Shown piece after piece: positions 28,600-42,900 of a stretch of DNA of 64,000 nt. Made by a program: the position numbers and the translations under genes. Origin of the DNA: the human T2T-CHM13v2.0 reference genome, Homo sapiens. The stretch is from NCBI RefSeq assembly GCF_009914755.1, contig NC_060939.1. One strand, 5' to 3'. The notes below the pieces were generated by a model. It was not told the origin of the DNA, ran no database searches, and saw nothing but the letters and a program-made list of their open reading frames with translations. Position 1 is the first letter of the stretch. Each line of letters begins with the position of its first letter.

Positions 28600-30330
28600 A
28601 ATTGACATTGAAGCTGACTCAACAGATTATGGAAGTGGTGAATAAAAAAAAGACAATGCTTGCACTCCTGGAGCCTATAGTCTAGGAGGGGAGACAAGCA
28701 AAATATAGATAATCACCCAAATAAGTACTTAATTTCAGTTCTGTAATGGAAAAGTTAAGATTTCAAGAAAGATTAAACCAGGGACCTAAATTTGGCCACT
28801 GTAGAGATGGTATTTAAGGTCTTGAGAGAAGCTGAAATTGCAAGGCAGAATATGTTGTGATATGAACTCCCAAAGAACTCAAGAATTTAGAATTTGGTAG
28901 GAAAAGGAACAGACAAAAAAAAAATCCTCAGAAAGAACTGTCATAAGGTGTAAATAAAACAAACAAAAAACCCCTATTTTATCACTGAAGCGGAAGAGAG
29001 AGTGTTTCAAGAAGGAAGATATGGTTAACTGTATAAAGGGCTGCTGAGTGGTCAAGTCAGATGCAGGCAGAACATTGACATTGGATAAACTGGTGACCAC
29101 GACAAGAGCAGTTTCTGCAATGTGGTGAAGCAGGAAGCCAGAATGGAAAGGAGAGGAGGAGATAAAGTAGAGGCAGTGCCTATGCATAATGGTCAAAAAG
29201 CGTGGCTGTTAAAGGAGAATAGACAGAATGGGTGATAACTTGACAGAGGTGTGGAGTTAGGGAAGTTTTCACTTGCTTGGCTTTGTTTGTGAGGGTGGAT
29301 TCTTGCATATATTTGAGTGCTGAAGGGAAAAATCCAGTAGTGAGGAAGAGGTCAAAGATTTGGAAAAGAGAGGGTATAGCTGACAGAACAAGAGCCCTGA
29401 CCAGGGAGGAAGGCATGAGATCCAGGCACCTGTGGAGGGACTGTACTTTGCTGGAGGCAGTGATGAAAGGAGAGGACAGGAGCAAATCCAATGGACCCAT
29501 CCAATCCTCCCAGGCTGCTGCTCTGGGAATAAAGGGGTTGCAAGCATTCCAACTCTGAGAGGAAGAAATGAGATTGTGATTGTGAACATGGAGGGAGCTT
29601 CTAGAAAAGCACAGTAAACCTGCTAGGCAGTGTGGAGGTCCCAGCTGAGTTTGGAGAGCATGAAGTTGGAGCCATGCCAAAATGCCCAGTTGTGTCACAT
29701 TCTCCAGTAATTCTGATCTGTTCAGGCAACAGGCATGAGTAAATCTGGGAACAACTGAGAGGTCAACAAAGGATTTAGTGGTATTTTTAGGACACTGTAG
29801 GAAGAACCATGGCCTCTGAGCTAGATACAAAAGAAAATGAAGATAGGAGGAGATTTATGGACATAGGCAAAGTGGAGGGACCATTGGCTTGGAAATCTCA
29901 TTGAGGCTGGAGAACTGCTGTAGAGAAGGGACTTGAGCAAGGGAGCTGGAGGGTGGTGGCAAGAGAATGAGATTTCAGAGGAGGCACAGTTTCTGATGAT
30001 GACAGGTTCACCGCTGTGTCCATGTGAGTGTGCTGAGGTGAAAGGGCAAATAACATCACTGACGGTGCAGTCATCATGGAACTGGGTAGTCAGGGCATTG
30101 GTTGGATCAGCCACAAGGACATTCAGTTACTTAGAATGATGGCAGGAGTCGGGGGGGAGGGTAAGACCCCGAGAAAGATACCAAAGCCTTTGGTTAGTAG
30201 GGGAGACAGGGTGAATTGGTGGATAGTGTGAAGTGAACCTTACAGGAGATTTCAGTCTTTTAGAAGGAAAGAGTAACGACGGTCAAGGGACAGCAGTGAG
30301 TTGCCTGGAAGACACTAACACCAGCTCCCA
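28600..30330 (-). mobile_element. LINE-2 fragment(s)
   Basis: Minus-strand ORF remnants resemble L2 ORF2 (FTSAHSHGHS..VIIRNCASSEIS; HSGFLLHHIAETALVVVT); L2 3' end near 28660-28730. Confidence 0.7.
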
Positions 30331-33059
30331 GCACTGAAATTATAGAATTTATTATTGAAAACGCAGGGCAGAAGGAAAAAATGGAGTCTTCAGGGGCCAG
30401 CCCCAATATAGTGAAGAGAAAGAGTTGGAAGGATCACCGGGGAACAAGAAGAGTTGGATGCAGCTGGGGAAACAGGGAATAGGAACTGGGGTGGGGTGCA
30501 GGCAGAAAGTAGTAGCAGTCCCTTGGTTACAGCCGTGGCACACCTCTCAGTGAAGTCTGATGTTACTTGATATCCTCAAATGAGTCCAATCAGTATCAGT
30601 TTGGATACTTCATAGAGATCAAGACCACCCCCAAATTAGGATAGATGTGCTTTCCAGGTCATGGTTTCTGACACTCTGAAGGTTCTTCAATGTATGTCAC
30701 TTCAAAGTGCACAGATGTTAAATTATACAAAACCAATGTAGGGTTGGGTCACCAGCTTTACAAAAATAACACATAAGTAATCAGACATTTGAGCCAATTA
30801 CACTTTCTTATGTTACATAAATCCTATTTCACCCACTTTTCCAGTCTCATCCCCTGCCACTTGCCCTGCGCTCCATGCAGCTCTATCAAACTGGGCCTAA
30901 CTTCCCAAGCACACTGCCCCGTTTGGGCCTCCAAGGCTATGTGTGTGGCATTCCTCCACCCAGTATAGCCTGCCATTCTGGATCCCACCTCCCCTGGCTG
31001 CGGGCAGGTCAGACAGCGTTCCATGTCCTCCCTTCCCTCTGAGATGTTGACCTGTTTGCCCTTTACTCCCTCCCCACATTAAGTCAGCTGAGCATTTTTC
31101 ATTGCCTAAGGGAAGCAGAAAGCAGATGGAAAAAATAAATATTTTGAGTTTCAAAATCCAGATCCCATAAAAGTTAGGCAAGGATTGGCCACAATATTGG
31201 CTTGAACAAAAGGGATGGGGACAGATAGAAAGTCTCCTCAGCCCGGAGGGAGGAAGACAGGCTGAGGGAGGCGGGGTGCTCCTGTTAGGGCTCTCTGTGG
31301 GAACCCAGGCAAAAGTGCATTGCTCTCAGATTTCCCAGTCCTGACTGCAGTTTCCTATCATTCACCCACTCGACCTGCTCACCTGTCTTCTTTTGGCTTA
31401 TACTGAGTTTTACATTTGCTTTCGTTGTCTTTATTTAAAATTTTGGATATCTTAAAGTCCAGATTACAGGCCTCTTTTAAGAAAAAAATCAGATCTGGCT
31501 CTAGAGGAATCACATTACCTTGTGGCAACAACCAGCTGTCCCCAAGCAAGGACTGCCCTCTTTCCACAGGGCAGGGGCTCTCCGCTCTCCTCAGTGCCAA
31601 CCGTTCCCCCACAGTTTATTATACTCTGGTCGTTATCTGCCTGCCCTTTTTAGCTGTTTGAGCTTCATTCGGATCCCTGGATGCCCACTGAGCCAGTCAG
31701 GCTACAGGCTAGAGGATATGCCTGGTCTGGATAAATCTAGTGATAGCTCCAGAAACATAGCAAATCTAGCTTCCGCCAACCTTGAGGGAAATGGCTGGCT
31801 TCCTTTGCACAAAGGTAAAAGAAGCTTCTGTTCTCTCCCAAAGTCTCCCCAGCTGTGCAGCCCAGAGCCAACTGAGGAAAGATTTTGCTCTCACCTCACA
31901 AAAAGCTTCCAGATCCAATCAACCCTACTCTGCCAGGCTGGGAGAAGAGCAAAGAGAAATGAACACATGAGGATGTGTGCCTACAAATCACATTATATAC
32001 ATGACACATTCCTCTCCTTGCAAGGCACTTGCATCTCCACGGACAGAGCAGGGCAAGCACTGGAGCATCCTAAGAGGTTAAACTATGTACCCAAGGTCCC
32101 ACAGCTAATTAGTGACAGAGTTTGGAGCCCAGGCCACCTGTCTCTCATTCCAACCAGTGCCCCCTAAAGATGCGATTGCTTCGTCCTGCCTATGGAAGGA
32201 GGACTGAGTGGGAAGCCTCCCCTGTGGCAGGAAGAGAAGCACCTCCCTCCTCATCTAGACGAAGGTGGACAAGCTTCTGCCAGTCCTTCTTCAAACCTCG
32301 GAGTCAAGGATTCCTGCACAATTTCTATCAGGCCCTAAGCCTTTTAGTGGAACTTTCCAAGTTTATTTTTATTTTGAAATTCCATGGGTTTACTTCATTT
32401 GTAGCACATGTTTCCTAAAAACAGCTCATCTCTGCTCTTGCCCTTTTAGTATAAGCTCTCGAAAGCAGCCCCGGACCGTGTGAGAAAGCTGGAGGCAAAG
32501 AGCTGACAAATCACGGAGGTCCCCTAATCTGTGGAAGGCCCCAGGGCAGGGCACGGAAAGCCTTCCCTGGTCTGGTCTTCCCTTCCGCTCTTTTGGTGCC
32601 GTTGAGTCGTTGTCTGACTAGAGGAGCTTTCATTCTGGAAGGGAAGGCATTGCCAGTGAGCTTTACACATTTTACTATGCTCTCCACGATGTGACTGTTG
32701 TCATGGTTACTTTTTTCACCAAATTGAGACCCTCAGCCTTATTCCACACTGGAGAGGAAGTCAAAGAACAGGGCAGTCTGCATCCAGAAGAAAATCTGAG
32801 GTGGGCAGGAACTTTCCCTGCTTCTACCCAGACACATTCCCTGCTCTGGAGAGCAAAGCTGCCCTCCCGTTTCCTGCTTTTCATGACAAAGATTGGGTCT
32901 CTGTCACTCCCAAGCAGGGCGAATCGAGCCAGATTTTTGTTGGACGCTTTCAGGAGCAAAACCAGCTCCTCGTATTGTGTCCCATTCACAGCTGGAGCAG
33001 CTCGGGCACTAGGCGAGGCAGGGGGTGCGGCGAGCGGTCTCCAGCCGGCTGCCTGCGGT

Positions 33060-33591
33060 CGGTGCCGCCCACAGAATCTGCGCGGCCCAGTGCAAAATAA
33101 AAACGCGGGGCCCCGCGTTCAAAAAGTAGGAAAAAGCCTTTCCCTTTCTCCCGTGGTCTTTCTGTCCACCTGTCTCGGCAGGGTTTATTTGCTAGTTAAG
33201 TTGCGCTGGCTTGAGCACAGGGACGCTGGCGGGCCAAAGGACGACCCTCACAGGCGACCCAGCGTGGCGGCGAGGTCCCTTGGCTGTACGCCGAGGTCTG
33301 CGCCGCCCCCACGTCCGTGGCCGGCCACTGCCCAGGGCGGAGGGCAGCGGTGTTCGCCGGGTGGGGGCCCAGAACCTGTCCCAGGAAGACGCAGGAGACG
33401 CGACCGGGGTGAGACAAGACTCCAAGCTCTCAAGCATCCACTGTGTTATTGCACTTCACTTACAATACACGAATTTGAAGGAAAAATGATTCAGAATTTC
33501 ATATGGTGACTGCAGAGCATTCATTAGATTCCAAGCGGGACCCCTTCTGAGCGCGGGACCCTATGGCGGATTGCCATTGAAACCAGCCCTG
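33060..33591 (-). mobile_element. MER45-family (hAT-Tip100) DNA transposon at the core of a CpG-rich island (~32980-33720)
   Basis: Minus strand begins CAGGGCTGGTTTCA..GGGTCCCGCGCTCAGAAGGGG..AATGCTCTGCAGTCACC..GAAATTCT and ends GGGGCCCCGCGTTTTTATTTTGCACTGGGCCGCGCAGATTCTGTGGGCGG, matching MER45 termini. CpG density is far above the flanks. Confidence 0.75.
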
Positions 33592-33879
33592 CCGGCTCCC
33601 CATGCCCCGGGGAAGGGTCTTCCCTGTGCCCACCCCAGTTTAGCAGGCGAGAGCACTGGAAGGAGCCTGAACGCCACAACTGGTTGGCACTAGGCATTGC
33701 TCCGCCTTCGCCCCTCCCCACCCTGGGGAAGAAGCAGATACTAAGTAGATAAATATGAAAGCAAAGTACCATATCACTTTCCCCTAGGTTTCCTCCAGAG
33801 CACGTGTCAAATCTTTTTACTGTAGAGGTGGGGTTGCTTTCCTTCCATCAGACCCACCCTCCCCCATCCCATTTAAAGG

Positions 33880-36110
33880 ACTTCGCCAAAGCATAAGTAA
33901 CATGCAATAAACCTCAAATATTTAAAGTGTACTATTTTATGAGCTCTAACATATACACATGCACTTGTGAAACCATTACAAAATCAAGGTGGCATTTAAT
34001 TTCCATCACCCACTTGTCACCCATCCTTCCTCCACACCCATCCCCTGATAACCACTGATTTGCTCCCTGTCATTATTGATCAGTTCGTGCTTTCTGGAAT
34101 TCTATTGTCATAATCAAACAGTCTGTACTCTTTTTCATCTGGCTTCTTTTACTTAGCATATTGATTTTGAGTTTCATTCTTATTGTTCATATCAATAGTT
34201 TGTTCCTTAACATTGCTGAGCAGTACTCAATTGCATAGCTATGCCACAGTTTACCCATTCACTTCTTAAGGAGCATTTCCATCGTTTCCTTCCCCCCCCT
34301 TTTTTTTTGGCTGTTTCAAGCAAGGCTATGATGGATGTCAGTGCACAAGTCTTTGTGTGGACATATATTTCACTTCTCTTGAGTAAAAATCTAACAGTGG
34401 CTGTATAGCAGGTGTATATTTAACTTTTTAAGAAACTGCCAAATTATCTTCCGAGGTTCCACTGCATTCCCATCAGCAGTATATGAGAGTTACAGTTGCT
34501 TCACATTCTCAGTCTTTGAATTTTAGCCATTCTAGAGGTATCTGATTGCGATCTTAATTTGCATTTTCCTGATTATTAATAATTTTGAGCATTTTCAAAT
34601 GAACTTACTGGCCATTCATATATCTTTTATGAAGCATCTGGCCAAATCTTTTTTCCCATTTAAAAAAATGGGGTTGTCTTATTGACTTTTTAAATATATA
34701 TATATTCTGGATTCGAGTTGTCTGATACGTGTTGTTTTGAATACTTTATCTTAGTCTGTGCTCTGCTTTATTTTCTTTGTGTCTATTGAGGATTAAGTTT
34801 TAAATTTTTGATCAAGTTTGTCAAGTGTCTTTATGGCTCCTACTTTTTTTGTGTTCTGAGAGACCTTTGTCTACTCCAAGGTCACCTCCTCTTTTCTTCG
34901 GTAAGTGTAATAGTTTTAGGTTTTATATGTAGGTCTATGATCCATTTTGAGTTAAATTTTGTATATGGTATGAGGTAAGGGTTAATAGGGTTATTATTTT
35001 TTCTTTCTTATGGATATATCCAGCACCGTTTTTTTGAAAAGGCCCTTTTTCCCCCTCAAATTGAATTGTCTTAGTACTTTTATTAAAAATTGGCAATATA
35101 TGCATGGGTCTATTTCTGGATTTTCTGTTCTGTTCCATTAATCTATATGTTTATTTTTTGCCAACACAAAACTATTTTGATTACTATAGCTATAGTAGGT
35201 CTTGAAATATAAAAGCAAGATTAGTAAATTGGAGGATGAGCTCTCCAACTTGGTTCTTTTTTTTTTAAATTACTTTATGGGGTTGCCATGGAGGTGGACT
35301 GCTCAAATCTCCTTAAAACAACAACAACTACCACTACTACTACTATTTGGAGCATAGTTGACAGTTCCACCCTATGGATTCACCACCATGTTCACAGAAA
35401 GGCCATATTTCTCTGGGTAGCTCCTAAACAATGACAAGCATGCTAAGGGTACTAGTGGTAGCCCATTCCAGCCAAGGCAGGACTCTTCCAACAGGCAATC
35501 TTTGCTTGGGGGTTCCCTACTGCTGACTGAAACTGTCTCAGAGCTATACTGTTGTCTGAAGCCCTTTCCACACAACTCACCCTTCCCTCTCTTCTTTCAC
35601 AGATTCCAGACTACACTGGGGACTGAAAGCTTTTTGGCCTACTCCCGTTCCCTCCCTTTTTATCTTTCCCAGTCATTTGCCCCTGTAAACCTCTTGTATG
35701 TTTAATGCAGTCTTGCCAACTGCTTCTTAAAGGTTCCTAACAAACACACACTGAAATTCTACCCCAAAAAGTCTGCTGAAATGAAATTTTAAATGGAAGT
35801 TTACTGGCTCTATAGATCAATACAGCCAATTATCCACGAACGTGATATATCTCACCATATATTTAGGTCCTTTACAATTTCTCTCAGTAATGTTTTGTAA
35901 TTTCTGGTGTAGAGGTCTTAGACATCTTTCTTTAGATTTATTCCTAAGTATTCTTTGGTTTTTTTTTTTTGGTACTACTGTGTTGAAATTGTTTTAAAAT
36001 TTTTATGTTCCAGTTGACTGCTGAGAGTATATAAGAATACAATTGGATTTTGTATGCTAACCTTGTATCCTGAACTGAAACCTTGCTGAATTCATTACTA
36101 GTCCCAGTAG
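33880..36110 (-). mobile_element. Old L1M 3' region, interrupted by LTR16C
   Basis: Antisense L1 3'UTR/ORF2 motifs (TAAGAAACTGCCAAA..TTCC; TCTATTTCTGGATTTTCTGTTCTGTTCCATT), resuming after 35750. Confidence 0.75.
35277..35750 (+). mobile_element. LTR16C-like (ERVL) solo LTR
   Basis: GGAGGTGGACTGCTCAAATCTCC..., CAGGCAATCTTTGCT, ACTGTCTCAGAGCT, ...AAACACA end. Confidence 0.65.
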
Positions 36111-38741
36111 TTTGGTCTCTGCTTCCTCCCCTACCGCCTTAAGCAAAAGCTTTTGGGGGATCCCGGTGCTCTGGTAAAACTGGGATGTGGGTAGCTGGAG
36201 CTCCTCCAATCAGTATCCCTATCCCTACCTGGAACCCCTTCACCCTAAAAACAGCTTCTAGAAGTTGCTGAAGAAATCTCATACTCCAAGTAACACAGTA
36301 TAACCAGCCACTGTTCTAGGGAAATTGGTATTTACTGAACACCTCCCCCATATTTTATAGGCATCTTATCTCATTTGAGTCTTTAAAATTAAAAAAGGAA
36401 ACCACTGTGTGAGATAAGTAGAAGTAGCTCCATTTTAAAGATGAAGAAGTAGAGATTAAATCTCTTTGACAGGGTCTCAACAGTTGGTTTCTTTCTGAGG
36501 AAAGACCAAAATCCATCCGTCTGACTCTAGAGTTCATGCTCTTTCCTCCCACCGCAAGCTGACTATCCCCAGGCTACACAGGCAGACAGATTCCAAAATG
36601 GGTTTCTGCTGAGGCCCAAGTCTTTAGACCGACTGTCTTGTGTTCATTCAGCACGTGGCCCTGTGGGTCTGGAGGCCTGACTAGGCTCTGGGATTCCACC
36701 CCCACAACAACTGCCACCCAGTCTGGTTTCCTAGGTTCCTGTTCCTCCCAAATTGCTTTCTGAGGGTATCAGTGGCCTCCCTCTCACCCTGTCTGATGAA
36801 CTATGTGCAAGTCTAAGCATTTTTTTTTTTACTTCTCTGCTGCCTTTGCAGAGAACGTCTCCTTGGAACCACGTGGCTCAGTTTGTTTCTGGTTCTCTTC
36901 TCACATCTCTGTTCACTTCTTATTCATACTCTGTCCTGATTCTTTTTTATCGCCCTCTTCTTAATCACCCAGGTCATACAGTCTGTGGTCTCCAGATCTT
37001 CTGTTCTGTCCCTCTCTCATTCTTAGAGATGCTCTTTCAAGCACCTGTGGGAGCAATACCCCTCTAACCAGGCCTGCGAGTCACCTAAAGTTCTGACTAC
37101 CCAGTTAACCCTAATGTACCCATAAAAAATTATAACACCTTGAAATTTCTAATAGTTTAGCATCCAAATGATGTTTTCCAGATCGTTCCCCTGTCTTCCT
37201 GTACTCTCAGAAGAGTACATCTTTTCTGAGACCCAACGTGTCTTGATTTATAGTTTGGGTGACATATTTAACATCTCCAAGGAATACTCTCACTTGGGTG
37301 GACAATTTACAAGATCTAAACCTTGTTGACAAACTAGCTCCACCACAGTTCTACCTAACCAGGTAGCTAAGCCTTAGACTTCTCTTTAGTTCTAGGGATC
37401 CCACCATCCTTTTGGTTTTCTTTCCTTCTTCTCTTCTCCCATATCTACTCACTGAGTCAAGCCCATTGTTTTCTCTGAATTAGTCTGAGGTCAGGCTGTA
37501 TCCTCTGTGGCTACTGCCACTCTTTGATTGATTAGTCCAAGGATTTCCAAAGACTGATCTTCTAGTTCATATTATCCCCCCATCAGGGTCAATGTTACTT
37601 TGACAAAAATCTTTTCCTCTGGCACTTTTTACATAATAGGTGTTCACAATCTGGTGATATTAAAAAGCCAGCAGTGTTTGCATCAGCAGATTTTGTACCA
37701 GTTCTTCGTTATCTGTTCACTACATCCAAACTCCTTTGCTTGGTTTTTAGGATTTTCTACTATTGTCCTATATCACCAAGTTCATTGTTTATATTGTGCC
37801 TCAATGTGGAACTCCTTCATCCAAGAGAGAAACACCAGGCTGGCTGACACTTTTGCACAACCCAGCACTCTCTCATCCATGCTTGTGCCCATTGTATTCT
37901 ACACACCGTGAGTGCCAATTTTCTGTCCATCTTCGATTTTTCCCTTCAGTTTTAACCTCAGCCATATCTTTTCCTATCCTCGTATTTCTTCTCCAACCCT
38001 TCCCAACCTTCAAGATACGTGTTCCTGAGTAAATCTCTTGTGTGCTATTAGACTAGCCCCAAAGAGCAGAAGTTCTCAAATGTAACTGGAAATGAGCTTC
38101 ATTAGGCTATGAGCTTCTTCAAGACAAGGATCATGTCTTATTTAACTTTATAGCACCAGCATCTAGACCAGTGCCAGGTACATCGTTTGAGTGCAATAAA
38201 ATATACATTTTATAAACAAACACCACTCTATGGTGTTGGCCTCATTGGCAGAAGAGTTTGAGCTTCCTCATCTGGAAAATGGTGCTCAGAATATCGACAT
38301 CATAGGTAGTGAACACTAAATAAGAAAAGCTACATGAAGGTCTTAGCACAGAACCTGGCACAGAGAACTGTATATTAATGAGTTCGTACCTTCACATTAT
38401 GTTTTTAGAACTGTCATCAGAATTGCAGAGTTCCTATAATTGCTCCTCTACAGCAGGGTAGTTTTGCTAGAGCCTCCTCTAGAGTAGTACCAAACTCATG
38501 TATGAAGTTTGTAATTATTATAGGGGAAAAAACTGGCCCAGCAGGAGAAAAATCCACAAGGACCACTGCTTACAATGCCCCTGGTTATGATTTTTGGTGT
38601 GGAGTTTGGCTGTGACAGTTGAGATAGACAGATATGCAGATATACACTGATTCGTCTTTTTCAGGGATTCCATAAATGCATACTCGGTTAGGACAACAGG
38701 CTTCATAATGGGAGGGACCATTTTTCCATTTCTTTCCTCAC

Positions 38742-39024
38742 TTTTTTTTTTGAGATGGAGTTTCACTCTTTCGCCCAGGCTAGAGTGCAGTGGCATGATC
38801 TCGGCTCACTGCAACCTCCGCCCTTCTGGTTTCAAGCAGTTCTCCTGCCTCAGCCTCCTGAGTAGCTGGGACTACAGGTGCACGTTACCACACCCAGCTA
38901 ATTTTTGTAGAGACAGGGTTTCACCATGTTGGCCAGGCTGGTCTCGAACTCTGGACCTCCTGATCCACCCACCTCGGCCTCCCAAAATGCTGGGATTACA
39001 AGCATGAGCCACCACACCCGACCC
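38742..39024 (-). mobile_element. AluS
   Basis: Alu dimer; TSD TTCCTCACTTTTT on both sides. Confidence 0.92.
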
Positions 39025-39498
39025 CCTTCCTCACTTTTTATACAGGAGAGAAACTATATGATCAATAGGCAGAATAGTGTTTGGACACTCTGATGTGTTC
39101 ATTTTAACACTGAACCTTACATGTTTATATTCAGCAGGCAAAATAAAAATTTTTAATCCAGGGAAGCAGTTAGTTAAATCACTCTCATAGATTTAATAAC
39201 TTTCATAGTTTTGGAGTGGCAGTTATCCCTAATCTAACTATGCCTTTAGTTTTTCTATCTGTAAAATAAGGGTAATAGTCTACTCTCACCCTCTTCTTAG
39301 GAATAGCAACTATTATGGTACAGAGGAAAGAGCACTGGAATGGGAGTCAAGAGAACTGAGCTCTATCCCACCTTTGCCTAGCTGCACAGCCCTTGGGAAA
39401 ATCACTTCAACTCAGGCCCCTCACCTCCGAGAAGTCCAAACTAAGCAACCTCTAAGTCAGTTCCCAGAGTAAGAATGCTATGCTTTTTAAAAAATGAC

Positions 39499-39961
<463 letters not shown>

Positions 39962-42900
39962 TCAAGCAGGGTGAACATGTCTGTTTGGAGACAAGGACCC
40001 TAGGGAAGTAGAGGCATGAAGATTACTTGCACAAGGATTATTACCGATTTTTGTACAAAAATTGAACCTATTACTGGGCATTCTTTTCAGACTTCCTGAG
40101 CTGCCCATCAGCCCTCTGACTCATGACTAGAGGAATTACCCATAGATATCCCTGAGTGGGGAGGGAATGGAAAAAGAAATGGGAGGTTGCCTCTTATGCC
40201 TCTTGGGAGCGTTATTCCCTCCTCTGAGGATGAACTGAAGTGTAACAGGTGAAGAGCTCTCTTCGTATTCACTTGATGGTCATGCCAAATGCAAGGCAGA
40301 CCACCTCAGAATCTGTATCTGCCTACAAATACCATCATATTTCCCAGTTGTATGAAAGAGCCACAGTGTTTCTAGCCAAAAGACTTGAGTTTAAATCCCA
40401 CCTACATGAACTGTCTGGCTTTAGGCACGATGCTCCAGGTGTCTGAGTGATGGAAGGATCACAAGAAATAGAGATGCACAGAGTGTTTATTCTAGGACTG
40501 GCTACAGCCTCCCTGGCCCTCGCTCCTGTATACATCATCTCCTGCCCAAATACTATTTAGAAGAAGATTTTTTTTTAATAAACTCTCTAAGATTGATCCC
40601 TTTGTCAGGGGTATTTGAAGAAGAAAGAAGGGGCAACACCATAAGCCAGAGGGGACAGCATACCGAAATCCTGCAACGCTGGGGAGAAAGCTCTGCTTTC
40701 TCTATTGTCATCTCACCCCCACTCTCAGGCCTGCCCCAGCCACACCTGGGCTCTCCCTCCTTCACCTTAACTTGGTGACATGTCACTTGGCCCATTCTGG
40801 ATTTGGCTTCCGCTCCGCTTGTGGTTTGGCTTCCACTCTGCTTGTGCAGTCCCTAACTGTTGTGGCCCGTGTCAGGGTGGGAGGGGACATCCAGGAAGCC
40901 CTGTTCTCAGAACTGTTCACACAGAAAGGGAACCTCAAAGAGTCCTACCCCACTTCACTTGGGATGTGCATCATGGCAAGAAATGGTGCCATGGCCTGTG
41001 GCCACCACGGCCACAGCCTAAATGAGCACCCACCTCTGGCTCATAGCCAATGGCAGCCTTGAAAACACAGGACCTGAGTCACTCCACCCAACAGAACCAG
41101 TGGTTAAGGAGTCTCTTCTGTGAAAAGATGCCTAAATCTTCACCTCCAGCCCTACTCAGAGCTTTTGCTTTACTAAGACCAGAGGGATTATTTAGTGTCA
41201 GTTTTAAATTGCTACTTGTGCCATTCTGACACAAGGAAAATGCACAGGCTTGGGAGTCAGACTGTCCTGGGTTGAAATCCCAACTTTGCCATTTACTGTT
41301 TAGGTAACATCTGGCAAACTGCTGGATCTGGCTTAGGCATGTGTGAAATGGGGACACGGAGACTTCTGGACAGTTGCTGTAAAGGTTAAGCAAAACTGCA
41401 CGTTGTAAATTGCCCAGTCCTCGTCAAGCACCTAACTCAAGAGTGACTGCTCACATTTTTTTTTCTTGTTTCCTTCTCACCAGAGAAAGACTAAATTATC
41501 CCAAGTATGGTTTATTTATAAGAGTTCAAAAATTCTGCTGAAAGGCCAACCATGTAGTTATTGAACAAGTTCCTGCCTGATTGTTTCCGTTCAGGTAGTA
41601 AAGTGTCCAAAGTAAATGGATTCATTCGTAACATAGATCGCCCCTACAGCAGGACTGCTTGACAGTGTGCCTGCTAGCTGCTGTGTCCCCCCGGCCAGCC
41701 CCACACCAGATTCCAGCCTGAGGTTTGAAGGAAAAGGGCCGTCAAGTTTGTCTAGGACTTTTAGACGCTAAATGAAGATTATGATGGAAACTGTCCTTCA
41801 CAAAATTAAAACTATCCTTTTTCCTAGGAAGCTCTCACTGATAGAGAGGCTTGTTTTGATTTCCAGATTTATATTGAGACCATTTATATGCAGGCATGTG
41901 TGTGAATGTAAGTGCGTGTCTCAGAAATAACTAATCCTAACACAGCAGAATGATTTGGCTTAGTCTATAGCAGCCAGTCTAATCAGAGTATTTCATAGTC
42001 TATCTCACATCTTGCAGGAGTTTGTCCATCTTCGTCAGATGGCTCATTATGCCAGCCAAAATGACAAGCTCTACAGGCCCACTGACCCCCTTGTTTCCTC
42101 ATGTATAGATAAAACTCAGAACACATGAACTCGAAAGACACAGTGACTCGATTTGCAAAGTCCCAAAGAACCACTGCAAAAACTTAGCTGCCACTTGCAA
42201 TATAAATGTTACCATACCTTTGCTTTCATGTTAACTACCCTTCATATTTTAGGAAACTACAGTACAGTTAAAACTGAAAACATATCCAGACATAGCAAAC
42301 ACAAGTTACATCTTGTAATTATTTATGCAAGTTCCTTAACTTTAAAGCCACAAACCATTTCTACAGTAATTACCACACTGCAAGTACATACAATTTTAGT
42401 TCTGAAGGACAAACCTATATGCTTCTCTGTGATTTCATAGTGCATTGCTTTAAAAAATTTCTGCAATTCAATCTAAAACACCCAACTTTCTAACTTCAAG
42501 CAAAGTCTCCACAAAAATGAATTCTTCCTGCCTGAAGTCGGTAGCAGTAACAGAAATACAAGTCATAAGCAGCTTTTAAAATCAAACGTAATCATAATGT
42601 GCTATTGAGGTGCCTTTGCTTAGAGGAGCAACTGTAAGTCCCAAAATTTGTGGGATTGTGTTGGTTTTGAATGCCCTGACCCATTACCAAGCTTTGTATT
42701 CAGACAAAGCATCCCATTTTCTGGTTCCAAGAGAATGTCAGCATACAGTTCAATTTAAAGAGGTATTTGCACCTCTGAAAGGGCACAAAAAAAAAGAGAG
42801 AGAGAGAAAGAGAAAGAAAGAAAAAAGAAATAAAGAAAGAAAAAGAGAGAAAGTGGTACAAGCAGTTCTTATAAAAAATAAAACTATGTGTCACTATTTC

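Noticed and set aside
29180-30114. Long minus-strand ORFs (216 and 97 aa)
   Set aside because: Decayed LINE-2 ORF2 remnants, not host genes.
31520-32167. 215-codon ORF
   Set aside because: Non-ATG start, ends in MIR-like sequence, no recognisable motif or exon structure.
32691-33509. 272-codon ORF on the plus strand
   Set aside because: Non-ATG start, runs through the GC-rich MER45 element where stops are rare, and has no recognisable domain.
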